Assembly: GCF_947568905.1 (NCBI RefSeq)
Contig: NC_079170.1
Location: 65,224,001 to 65,288,000 of the forward strand
Source of the DNA: Ostrea edulis
Taxonomy: Eukaryota
Length of the DNA stretch: 64,000 nt
Direction: 5' to 3'
The translations under genes and the position numbers were made by a program. Below are positions 1 to 12,800 of this stretch, in pieces. Each line of letters opens with the position of its first letter. Position 1 is the first letter of the stretch. Below the pieces are notes generated by a model that was not told the origin of the DNA, made no database searches, and saw nothing but the letters and a program-made list of their open reading frames with translations.

Positions 1-82
1 GAAAATATGCGCAATGATTGGCATAATGATTCAAACATAACCAAAAGCTGTACATGTCTAGCTGTGAATTTGTTGTTTATAC

Positions 83-3000
83 CTGAGTTTGGAAACTTCA
101 GAAGTTACATTCTGCACTCCAGAAGATTTCATGTAAATTCTAATAAACACCCGAGTTTCTTGTACGTCATCTTCCTTTCGAACATTTCCGTTTTGCAGGA
201 TAGTCCAGAGAGCTCTTGTTTCACCTGTCTGTTGAGTATGGCCATCTTTTGAGCTGTTCTCGATGAAATTGGAAATGCGGATTGATTGTGAACCAGAACT
301 GCTACCAGAATCAGATATTCGTATGTCAGCATTACGAAAGTCATCCACAAAGATTTCTCCTTCTCCATATTCAGTGAGCTGTTGCTTCAGATCTTCTAAA
401 CCATTCATCATCTCTTCGTATAACTCTATCGAAACTTTTGTGTCCCTTCGACAACGTAGTACATGATCCATCACTTTCCTATCAGAGCGAATGATAGCGG
501 GAATTTTATCACGGATATCTCCAAGCTTTTCTCTACACTGATCAAATAAAGCATTGACAAACTTTCGAAGGAAATCATTCCCGGCTTTCGTATTAAGTAT
601 GTAGTTGTAGTACCGTTCTGATTTTTCTCGAGCTAGTCTGGTTCGATTCTTCTCATAATCAGCTAGTCGATTTCTTCCAGTGACGAGATTCCCCATAGCG
701 TTACTGAGAGGAGAAAGGATTTGAGCAATTAATGGAACAGACAGGTGATCATCTGCATATACCATGATGCCTGGCAATGTTGCTCGTCGAGCATTACCAA
801 CAGAAAGTCGTTTACGCATTGTTCCAAATGGATTTTGAGCCGAATCATCACTGGCAGTGGATTTATTGTCTGCCATTAAATCTTCATCTACATCAGCTAA
901 TTCCCCATTCAATATGTTCAACTTCAGTTGTATCTCTGTCAAAATTGTCTTTTCGATTTCTTGGATGAAGCCTTGTTGGTCCTCCCATCTGACCAGTTCC
1001 TTGGATATTCTATTAGAGGTACGCTCGTAAATTTCCATCTTGATGTCAGTCCACGTCGTGAAGTCGATTATACTAGGTGTTTCAGGCAGTGTCCAGTTGG
1101 TGATTTGTGTTTTGGAAGGCCGGGTCATCAAATGTTCTCGAAATTGTTGGTATACATCTTCACAAGCTTGATCAATCTTGTCCGTAAGTGTCTGAAACAC
1201 TTCTTCTGCGCTGGCTCCTATCCCATTTAACTTTGCCTCTATCTGAGACATCTTGTCCTGGAGATCTTCCTCTGATGAATCCAAACGATGGACAAAAGTC
1301 TTAAGGTGGTGAGTCATTCTTTTCAATATCGTCTCCATCCATCTAAGAGGATTGTAAAAAACATGATTCATTACAAAATTAGTAGATCGATATTATACCG
1401 GTAATCAAGTTATCAATAATGCAAAATGGCATTTCCCCCTATTCCGTGGAGAGATTAAAGTGTTCTATTTTGAAGGTGTCAAATTATACTTGTGGACTCA
1501 CTTGTAAGTTGCTGTGACTCTTTTATCGAGGGCTGAAGTATAAAGTTCCTGGATTCCGTCCCACAAAGTCTTGTAGTCAGACGTAATATAATTAGGGTCA
1601 TGTCCTAGTTCCCTCATCGCCTCAGTAGCAGAGAATCGGATTACTTGGTCTGATTTCAGACCAGGCCAATATTTTCCGAGTCTCGATACTATGTATTGAA
1701 ACACCTTATCTCTGTCGACCTTTTTGACATTGTCCCAATGATTGCATACAAACAGAGCGAGTCGTGGATCAAATCCTAAACCATTCTTCTTCTCTTTTTG
1801 TGATGTCAGAATCATTTTCAACAATTCCCCTATCTAATAAACAATTATATAGGAATTAAACAACACCATTGAGGTGGTCTATTAGTAAGATAAAATAACT
1901 ACAGTGTACTCTGGATATATGGAAATTCAGGAGACCGAAATGAATTCTTCATTATATCCATAAGAATAACCGATGTGGAACCATATAAATAATATTACTG
2001 GGGATTTATTTTTACTTCAATATAACAGATAGTTCATTATAGGTAACTTCAATGTAAGTGTAGTGGACTGTAGAATGATAGTTTCAACGTCATTTTTTCA
2101 ACGATGTAAATGAATTATGAAGTATACCCTGTCTTCATCCACTCTCTGACCACTGTCGGACTTGATTAGGTAAATGAATCCATTGATCTGATTAGTGGCC
2201 ACGAACCGCTGAATTACGTTGTCCATAGATTTATTTTCTCCTATTCCGGGAGAGTCCACTAAGACGAGGCCATTCTGTTGAACCAAAGGTGAAATGTATT
2301 AACTTTAACATGTTCTTGAAAATTAGACCGAGTGTATAACAAATAGGCCAAATAAATCAATAAAACCTTTTCATGAACCAATTTCGCTATTCATTCACTA
2401 CAAGGGAAACGGGATAGATACATAAAGATAGATGTATAAAGATAACGAACAGTGTTCAATCTCACTAGTCATGATAATTATAATGAATAGAAAATCGAGC
2501 GTATGGCAAACACGGACCCCTATGTAAACACCAGAGGTGGGAATGTGTGCTGAGTCAGAGCACAATGAAAGGTGAAGATAGGAAACAGTGATCAATCTCA
2601 TAACTTCTATAAGGAATACGAAATAGAGAGTTGGGTAAGCATGGACCCTTGGATATACCAGAGGTGGGATCAAGTGCCTAGTATAATTTGAAGAAGAAAA
2701 AACGTTTCGTAAACACAGTTATCTTCATAAATATTAATAATCCCCTTCCAAATTTAATTGTAATCCACACATTGTTAATGTCATAGAAATGTTACTAATA
2801 TTTAATAAGGTTTTAATACCTTTAATCTGTCGTTTGGAAGTTTGAGTTGAACTTCTGCAATGAAGTCACAGGAAACGTCTATTTTTTCACGCTTTTCAAT
2901 GTCACTTTCAAACAATAGCTTTTCAATTTGTAGTTTGAGGTCTTCGTTTGGATTGATAATGAACTCTTCTGTTTTCCCACTTCCATACAAAAGATGTATC

Positions 3001-5436
3001 GCAGTCTGATCACCATAGGAAATTCTGGTAACGACAGCAGTGCAGGAAATGGCTTTGACTGTCAAAAGGTCCTTGGATCCCAGGATCAAATTCAGAAATG
3101 TTGTCTTGCCAGCATTTGTTTCACCTTCAAATAAAATTGGTTACACGTACATACATCATTTCAAATCATTTTATGTGTGCTTTCCGAGAAGTATAGTAAG
3201 CAATGCTTTGTTTTTGTGTTTAAATTTGTATCATGGCTATACAGCTAGGTTTGTTTTAATCGACAACATAATATCAAAAAAACCAACAACAACAAAAAAA
3301 TTAAAAAACAAAAAAAACAAAAAACCACGTAGAAAGACGAAAGGAGGATAAACATACCCGCGACGACAACAACGCACTGTCCGTTAGTGATCTGCTGTGC
3401 TTTCAGTCTGAGGTCCTCAGCTAGGTCCTTGGTTATACCCTCTGTCTGTAGGAGAGATTCTAGAGTTGTCTGCCCCTCGATACGCTCTTTTCCAGAGGAA
3501 GACATTTGATAAAAACTCTTATTAGTTTGGATAAACTTGTCTAGAAGTTCCCCAAGTTTCTTCCGTCTATTTGAATCGTCGTTATGTTTCTCTAGGAGTA
3601 GTTTCACTTTCTGCAGAAATAAGAGGTAGATGAGGGATGAAATCATGAAAATAGTGTGACCAGAAATTAATGTTTTAATGTTTCAAAGCCTAATTCATTC
3701 AAAAGAAATACATTGGTCAAACTGAAATCTTCATAGACAGAGTTCAAAGCCTGGAAACCGTGCACTAGTTTGAAGCACGTTGTTAGGTTCAGTTCCTTCA
3801 TATACAAGTTTATTTCTTGTTAAAATCGTCTGCTTGAGATACATGTAGGAGCCCATTAATACTGAGTACGATACTGACGACGATAGTGTAGATTTATAGT
3901 GCAGACTTCCCAGTAGGGGCCCTGCTACACTATATATGATACTGTTCAGATACTAGTAATTATATATACATGCATATGCAAAGTATTCTTTCTTTGGATT
4001 TCTTGAGTTATGCATTTTACTTAACACCCACGTACTCGCTAAATAATGCTTTGGAATGAGGTTTCCTTTCGGTGTATTGTCACTCCTCATTATTGTTGAG
4101 CTGGCATTCTGCAGCACAATACAATTTTTATGTGTATTTGATACATTATTATTAAGGATCTGATTGGACGACTGACCAAAAATCTGGTACCCGGAAGAAA
4201 AAATATAGAACTGAAATTCTATAGAGTCCCACTGGGAGATTGTTAGTTGAATGTTAAGTATGTACATTGTGTCGATTTAACTCATGCTGGCTTTAAATAC
4301 GTTTAAAAATCTAAAAAGGCTTGCGATTGGGATATTCTCATGTTTATTAAAAATCAATTGCAGTGGGTTTTTTAGAATGATATGTGAAGTCTTACAAAAG
4401 AATAAATAACGTAGATAGAAAAATAAATTACATGCAATTTAGAAATAAATGCAAAATAATGATATGTTTTATCTGTATATGTTTTCATTTAATGAGAGGG
4501 GGAATTGATAAGTTTACACCATGCAGTGAAATGGGTTAACCTAAGATAATAGGTTTTTTTTCCCTCAAATACTTGAGATTAAATCAAATATCTCTTCGGG
4601 CTTAGTTTACAATTTTGAATCACGCTTTAAAAATCTGCAAGAATCCTTATCTTCCCCTTTCAATTCAATTGATTCTCATATAACCCCAAACTACCATTTG
4701 AGAAGATCTACATATGCATACAACATTAGATAAAAAATGCAATGCATACAAGAGTACATGTATATAGAATATTGTTTAACTCTGGACGGTGGTACCCTCT
4801 TGTGAATTACATTAATAAATTTGGTAAGGTTACTGATCAGAAATATTTCTTTTTACATGAAATTTAATTAAAGAATTTTTTTATTTCATTTGGTCTATTT
4901 GCATATTAAAAGAAGGTAAATAGAGTTTCTTTCGCTAAGAGCTGGACTAGTCATGTTATAATGTAGCTACAGAACTGTAGCCATCAGGGAAATTCCCAGA
5001 AAAATACAAATCTGAAGCTGGATATAATGAAACTCAACCCCATCATTGTTTTCACAAGAAGTACAAATTCTCTGATTTTTTGGTATATCATAGGATTAAA
5101 CATTCTTTTTGAAACATTTATCGATACGTAAACTCTGGACATTTTACTCACAAACTGAATGAAAGTGCGAAGCACTTTTATGTTAAGTTTGTTAGTTAAA
5201 TGTCCGGAGTTTACACATCGACGAATGCTTTAAAAAGGATATTTGATTCCGACAATTCCAATACGTTCCCTGTATTATCTTAGTTCAACAATTTGAATAG
5301 TTTCGTCGTACTATGTTATTTGTTTTCAGGTGCGTATGCATACATAGCATTTTTGGATTTATTGATGGGTAAATTCTCATTTAGCTTTTTTTGTCCAATT
5401 TGAAAAACAATTGTAATACTATATAGTAATAACATT

Positions 5437-5501
<65 letters not shown>

Positions 5502-8500
5502 TATAAAGCACACCTTTACTTGATGCATTACAACAGAGGTCCATCTCTGTTGAAATGGATCATTACAGAATTTGTTTGATAACAATATGCATCAGTCATT
5601 TTCCGTTTTCCACATCTTGCAATATTTAGGTATAGTTAATTCTCACTATTGTAAATTTTTAGGCATACATGTACATCTAATGCACTTAAAATTAACGTCA
5701 ACAATTTTACCCAGAATATCATTATTCTCATTTTGACATTTATGTACAACATTTTTAGATTGCCCAGGGGTCATCAACAGATGTCTCCAATACTTCTGGA
5801 ATAACTATTAGCAATATTTTATAGTTATCATATCAATATTTAAAAACATAGGTTTAAGGTCACTCATTATGTGTGCCCTAAACTTTTATTTAATGGCCCG
5901 TTAAAACGCCTAGTATGAAGTGTAATTTCAGCATCGAAAGAGTAACGCAAATTATTATCTATTATTTTATACGATTTTTTGTGTGATTTTTTCCGGAATG
6001 ACAAAAAGGTGTTTTGTTTGCAAATAGATTTTAGAGTCCATATTTCGTTCTGACTGAAGGCATGGTATGAATATCTAATAAAACATGCCTACGAGGATCT
6101 GATAGACGTTCTAGTATTATTTTCTCCTCGATTAAAATGATATTCATGAAATTTAAAACGGTATTTGTTGATATTTTTAAAATTTACGGCTAAAATATTG
6201 AAAACTCATATCAATTACAAACAGCATATTTCTGACAAAATGTATTTTAAAAAGAAATTGAAATGGCTGAAATTCAGAAATATTACAATTTTTCAAACTA
6301 GAACCAAGCCCGATCGGAATTATAAAAAGTAGTCCTAGAGAACATTGTAATATAATCCGAGGACTATACATTCCCTGGATGTCAAATGGTTTATGAATGA
6401 AATGAATTTATAAAGGAAACTTATATCTTGATGAAAAGTGCTAAAAGTAACAACAATATGATTATTTTAGTAATTTCAATCAATTTTTATCGGGGTCGGT
6501 ACTCCCCCCCACCCCCCTAAGGTTTGGTTCAAATGTACGAAATAAAAATAAAAATAAATAATTCATAATAAAAACAAATAGCGATATTTCTGAAAATTGG
6601 CAATTTCATTTCAATTTCTTTTCAAAATATATTTTTCCAACATAACCCCCCCCCCCCCCCAAATGACATGTTTCTTGAAGACATAAGAAATATCAACGAA
6701 AAACTATTATGACTTCATAAATGTGTTTTAGTTTAAAAAATCATGACATTTACTCAAGTCTTCGTGTCAAGATTTAGTCGATATTCATATCATGCATCAA
6801 ATCATAGCGAAGTTTGAATGTTAAAATCTCTTATTGGCAAACAAAACACTTTTGTGATTCCGGAAAAAATCGCAAAAATACAAGTACACGTAAAATGACC
6901 GAGAGCTTGGGTCACTCTTTCGATGGAGAAATTGTGCTTCATGTGAGGTGCTTAAATGAGCCATTATATAAAATTTTAGTGTAATGAGCCTGCTTAAATT
7001 CATGAATAAGGCGGATTCTATACCAATCTCCCGCGTTCTCGGAGTATGGTATAAAGACACAGCATGAAATATTACGTGTCAACGCTGGGTTACGAACGTG
7101 TGACCTCTTGGCTTCCAACCACATGTAATCCTCTCATCTACATCTTGTTTTGTTCTGCACAACCCATAATTAGTTTAAAATATCTATTCATTCATATGCA
7201 AAAAATGAGGATTTTCATCTCTCTCATTGGTTTGGAAATGCAAGCAAAAGTTTAGCTGGAAACCCTGAATTAGATATCCTGTGACGGGCAGAGGTTCACA
7301 ATAACAAGCGTACAATAGATTAAAAAAAACATAGAATTCCCGAAACACAATGTACACACGCAAAAGGCGTCCTGTATGAAAGTTTTCTTTAAAATGAATT
7401 TGTCTCTTTTGTAAAGAAACAATTTCACGTACGTCATTATAAAAAGGGAATTATTTAAGAGGAAGAAATTTTACATGAAGCCACTTATTAGTATCAAATT
7501 ATGAATCATCTAATGGATGATAGAACACGGGCTATAGTGGAAAATATAGTGTACTGCAGTGGTTAAATGGATATTAAATTATGAATAAACAAGATGTGTT
7601 ACTTTATGAAACACTGATGCCCCCGTATGGTTCTCAAAGAAATGTTTTGTCACAAATAATATACATGTAAAATATGAAAGCCCTATCATCATCCATTTAA
7701 AACTTATGACCAAGGTTAAAGTATTTCAAAAGTAGGTCAAACCTTGAAGTGAATATCATAAGGTCAAACATGCTGGTACATGTACCAAAAAACGGTCTTG
7801 TTACAAGGAATACCTGTGTGAAATATGAAAGCCCCTTCATCTTTCATTCCAAACTTTGGTCTAAGGTTAAAGTGTTTGTTAACAAACAGACGAACAGACA
7901 AATTCTCTATGTCTCCGAATCTCCGATTACGGGAGAATAAAAAGTATTCAGGGGTTCAAAGAGCCACAGTCACTAGTACTCACTTACAACATGTATATTG
8001 ACCTTGAACATTGAATGCGACCTTCAGATCCATTGATCGTTGCAAATCATTTACTGTTGTGAAATTTCAATAAAATTTGATAGACTTAATTTGAGTGAAG
8101 TTTTGGCCATTTGAAGGTTTAACATTGTCCATCCCATCAAACAAACGGACGGAAAAACGCCATATAAAGCTGCCATTGTATTTCAACCTACCAGGAAGTA
8201 CCCGGTATTGTACTTAAGTTATACAATAATTAGCTCTGTTGTTTGGCATTTCTTCAAATCGATCATAAAAGACCTGTTTGTACGGTACACAAGGACAGAT
8301 GTGGACCATCTCAAGAGCAATGTAATTTATACAGTGCTACACGGAATTCAATTTCTTTTTTTAAATGAAGAAACTAAGATACAGAATTTTGCGTTTGTCA
8401 TTTGAATCTTGCCAATGGGAATCTGTTAGAATTTTGCCTATGGAATGATACTAGTATCCCGAAGCTTTATTAGTGTTTGTATGTTCGTTGCTTGTCATTT

Positions 8501-9463
8501 TTGTAGAAGACATTTTATCCACATTTGTTATTAAATTTCTACAAAACTTATAATAAAGGTACCTTGCATAAACCATTAATTGTCAAATTCCAAAGTAATT
8601 TCCCAAATTTCTTGTGTAGTAGAGAGTGTTTTGTAACCAGTTCTTTATCTTTGGATTCTATTATCCTTTTTCAAGTTTGAAAGTTCAAAGGGCAATGTGA
8701 CCACAGTTTGGAGCATTCCATGTTTTATATGAAGTTGCTTATTCGGTGGAACCTTGTTTTTCCCGACAAGGAGATTCTCACGTTTTCGGCTCTCTTTATG
8801 TTTTCACTTTATTTCAATGTAGTATCGAGGTGGTGTATATACTTTTATCTTAAATCATTTTTTAACCAATGGAGAGAATATCGGAATTCAAAAAGAATAA
8901 ATTCAACGGGACTCTCGTCTACAGCGCGGTTGTGTACAGTGTCTTTTAAAAAAGTGTTTTTAAGTAAGATTATCATTCTTCATAGTGTGAGCAAAGAAAT
9001 CATAATCATATTTGGTAGTATTTACATTTAAGGAATTCATAAAAAGAGGCTTTTCTTCCTATTTATCGATTTGAATTCTTAACCAAAAACAGTGCTGCTA
9101 AATTTAGGATATATTCTCATGGTTTGTCTTCGTAATGCCATTTTTCTATCAGTGAAATATTCCAGGGTAACACAGACAGCATACTACTTCTACAGACTTG
9201 CAATTTTTTATTCAAAATAATTTTACCGTTTCGATATGGTTTTCCCGCGAATCCAAATAATCCAGATGCATGCAGATCCTATTTTGCATTTCTTCGACGT
9301 TGTTTAGCCCAGACATATCAACTCCAAGCTCATCAGCATAATCCATAACACTGTCCAGATCAGCATCAGGATTTAAAACCATGTCTCTAGTTACGCTTGA
9401 TACGCTAGTTCTTTTGGTAGCAACCCATGCTTTATGGGACGCATCTATACCAGAATACGCCAT
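83..9463 (-). CDS. Dynamin-like (BDLP/mitofusin-type) GTPase fused to a kinase-like domain, gene A; 3' end lies beyond position 1
   Basis: Phase-consistent GT-AG exons: 9463-9227 (ph0), 3610-3358 (ph1), 3124-2820 (ph0), 2274-2128 (ph0), 1833-1502 (ph2), 1342-83 (ph2). Motifs: G1 VVAGETNAGKT, G2 SCTAVVT, G3 LVDSPG, G4 VCNHWD, then a long helical stalk and the start of a kinase N-lobe (..TRVFIRIY..VTSEVSKLR). Colinear with gene B. Confidence 0.88.
2440..2681 (-). mobile_element. Penelope-like retroelement terminal fragments (two truncated copies)
   Basis: Shares gaaggtgaagata..cagtgatcaatctcataac..acggaccc..ccagaggtgggatca with the longer copies at 21719 and 49862. Confidence 0.7.
5090..5440. 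repeat. Dispersed repeat with a long internal palindrome (copy 1)
   Basis: Imperfect ~150-bp hairpin centred on aaagtgcgaagcacttt (5162-5178); same-orientation homolog at 48987-49326. Confidence 0.75.
5439..5496. repeat. (AT)n microsatellite
   Basis: Pure AT run. Confidence 0.95.
7588..7943 (-). mobile_element. Non-autonomous Helentron/HINE-type element, truncated
   Basis: aacaagatgtgtt terminus, core repeat with gaaatatgaaagccc and aaggtcaa, acagac microsatellite, terminal hairpin then aaaa. Confidence 0.65.
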
Positions 9464-9846
9464 ATTTACAATTTTGGTGTTAAAATGTAATTCATGTCTA
9501 TGTAGAGGAATTATATATGCCGTTCTAAACTTTAAACTGCGTGCGCATGTCAAGCATGCGGGGAAAAACTGCGCGGTTTTGGTGTGTTTTTTCCAAAAGG
9601 TTTATTTTTAAATCGCAGGTAGTTGCATGAATATAGGTAGTCACGTGATCTCCTATCCAGGAAGAGCTTAACATGACGTATAAGCTAGACTTAAAGGTAC
9701 AGCATACTGACACTTACAAATAAGTGGAAGCGAGACCGGGACCGGTTTCTGAACCACAGACGACAATCGAGAGGACTAACCACAGCCATTACAGACGACA
9801 ATTAAAAGTACTAACCGGGAGAAGGGTGGAACTAGACACCGACAGC
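9464..9846. promoter_or_regulatory. Probable bidirectional promoter and 5'UTRs of the gene A/B pair
   Basis: Only 383 bp separate the divergent ATGs. Contains GTCACGTGA E-box (9640-9648), TGACGTA CRE-like site (9674-9680) and locally raised CpG. Confidence 0.6.
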
Positions 9847-12800
9847 ATGCCGGTAGAAATTAAATGTCGGGAGGACATCATTAAGCTTCCTGACATTGCC
9901 TCATTGCGTTCATTAAAAAAACAATGGAATGTGGAAAACGATGGACGACCACTTAAAGACCGTGAGGACTATGTACGACTGTTGCTGGATTTTTTTGATC
10001 GAAAAGGCCCGGGTGTTACTTCTAACCCACAGGTAAGTCATGCCGTCTGTCACGGAGAACGCTCTGTTGAATGCAGGTATTGCATAGCAGTATGTAGCTA
10101 ATGAAGATTTAGTTTCCGACACCGGGTCAGTGAAAGTCCTCTCAGATTTTATTTTGGTTCTGAGGCATCACTGTAGATCAACGTCTTTCTAAAACTTAAT
10201 TGAAATTCTGTCTCGTACTATCTAGCAGACGATCAACCGACACCAAGTGTACTGTGCGTTTATTAAGAGAAAATACTTTCAACTTGTAAAATGGCACCCA
10301 TGTGTAATGTTTCTTATGTGCTTGTTTATCAAAACTTGGTCGGGAACAATGCTAAATGTCAGACCGTACCTCTACTGTCAGTGCATTCCTAAGAGACCCA
10401 GTCTTGCGTAGCGTAAGGGCGTAAATCAATGTATAACGTGCTCGGTGTTAACACTTCAAACAAAGGGGTATAATACAATTTAGCGAGAGAAAAAACTTGA
10501 GTAATTTGTAATTAGAGTAAGCAATTTGACCCGGGTTTTTCATAATACCCACGTATCGTAAATAAGCAGAGACCGTGATGTTTAGCGATGATTATACTTT
10601 CAAAAATTGCATACCCGAAAAAACACAGTAGAAGAAACCCATTCTTTGTACAGGGTATTTAATTTTGACTAAGATCCTATATATTTGCATATATCTTCAT
10701 GAACAGACAAGGGGGTCGCCTTATTTTTAATTTGTCAGGGTTAAACGATATTTACAAGTATTAGTAAACATCGGACTTAGCCAAGATAGCGGAGAGTACT
10801 TGAAATGTAGACGTTTTCGCTGTTTCGTCGTACCCAGTCAAAAAAGAATAGCGAAAAATAGATGATAAGAGTCTATACTGTTGACTAAAATATTTTCCAA
10901 GTATCTTATCCAACTGGAACGAAACGATTTTGAGAAATTCTACATAAATGTGTACGCTAAGACGTCATTGTCAATAATTGTGTACGCTAAGACGTCATTG
11001 TCAATAATTGTGTACGCTAAGACGTCATTGTCAATAATTGTGTACGCTAAGACGTCATTGTCAGGCCTAATTCGTGGCGGGCTTGGAGGACGCTTTCTTA
11101 CAGTGTAGGTCTAGATCTGTTCGAAGTGAAATGCTTTGACCTTGGCGCGGCTGACCTTGACATGCAGCTCTTTGGTATAAGTCTTAAAATGTAATGATGT
11201 TATGATGTGAGTATGTGTTTCCTTGTTATGAGTTTGAGATATCGTAGTTGTACTGATATGAGTTTGAGATATCGTAATTATACTAATATGAGTTTGAGAT
11301 ATCGTAATTATACTGATATGAGTTTGAGATATCGTAAGTTTACTTATATGAGTTTGAGATATCTACTGCTATGAGTGTGTTTTCGTGATGCTGTAAGATT
11401 ATTTGGTTCCGGAATATGAGTACATGGAAACATACATACTAGCATAATTACTTTGAAAGAGACATTTTTGGTTCCATTATCCGGGGTTTTCTTTATGCCG
11501 CCTACCAACATATCTAACATCCACAATGCATGTATAATTTGTTTTATATAAGATATTCTGCAGGAGATCGATCACAAACTTTTTTGTCCTTGTTCATAGT
11601 GTCCATGAAGTGCTCATTATTTCACAACTAAGACATTATCTACACTTTTATTTTCAATTGGTTAAACAGACATAAAAATCTACATACCAGTCAATCGTGC
11701 AGTGATTTGTCTGCAAATTGTTGATAGAAATGAGACTGAACCACAACACGCAATGAAAAGGAAAATGAGCTGTGGAAAAATATGCAGAATAATTTTTTTT
11801 TTCAAAGCAGCTACAATACACATGTCACAAATCTTTAAGGGCCTTTGTTGGTTTCTAGTCCGTGTTTTCCCAGTTTCGGGTTTAACATTACAGATTTACA
11901 CATCTTTCTGGGATTCTGTTGCATGGATTTTGCAGTTGATCTACTTTGTATGCGATGTGTCCTCTTTATGTGCAAGAAATTGTTCCGTGACCGTAAACCA
12001 TGCATCAGTAAACGTCATTTCAACCTACATGTATAAGATGAAACTATTCGTTAAACTTGTAACTTCAAGAATCTACAGCTATGACAATGATATCGCCTAC
12101 AGAAGGTTATCAAAAACCTTAGGTTTAAAGTCAGTTACTGTGTGCACTTGCAATTATATACGGAAAAAAAACACTTTACTATTTTCAAAATATGGATAAT
12201 CTTTTTCCAGCCCGTCCCAGACCCAAACGCTGGATTGACAGAAGCCATTCAATTGGACACTCGGAATAGAGAGAAATTACAGGAAATATATGATGAAATA
12301 TTGCGATACTACGGAGGGCTTCCGCCTCAGTACCAGAAGAACCTTAACTCCGCCTATCCTGACCTTGTGAACTATATAGCAGCACGGAGAAAAGAACTAG
12401 ATTCTAGGGAGCTGGTCATTCTTGTGGCAGGTAAATGATACCGAAAAAATATAAATTAATTATCTTAAGTATTGAGTACAGCAATGAAAGAAAAATGAAA
12501 AATATTCTCTGTACACATGCTAAGCACAATTGTAAGAAAATATACCGATGGCGATATCGTGTTAGTTTACGAATTCAGCATTCAAAAAATTCAAAATTAT
12601 AGATTGCGACAGCCATAAATTTGAAATTCCAATCCTGAATCTGTATGAATATTGAACTGACATACTCTGTACATTTTAGGTGATACAGGCGCTGGTAAAT
12701 CCAGTTTCATCAATCTTCTTCTGGAAACAGACGTACTTCCGGTTTCCGCCATCGAAGCAACGCAAACTATTTGCGAGTTAAGGAAGTCCAGAAATGGCGA

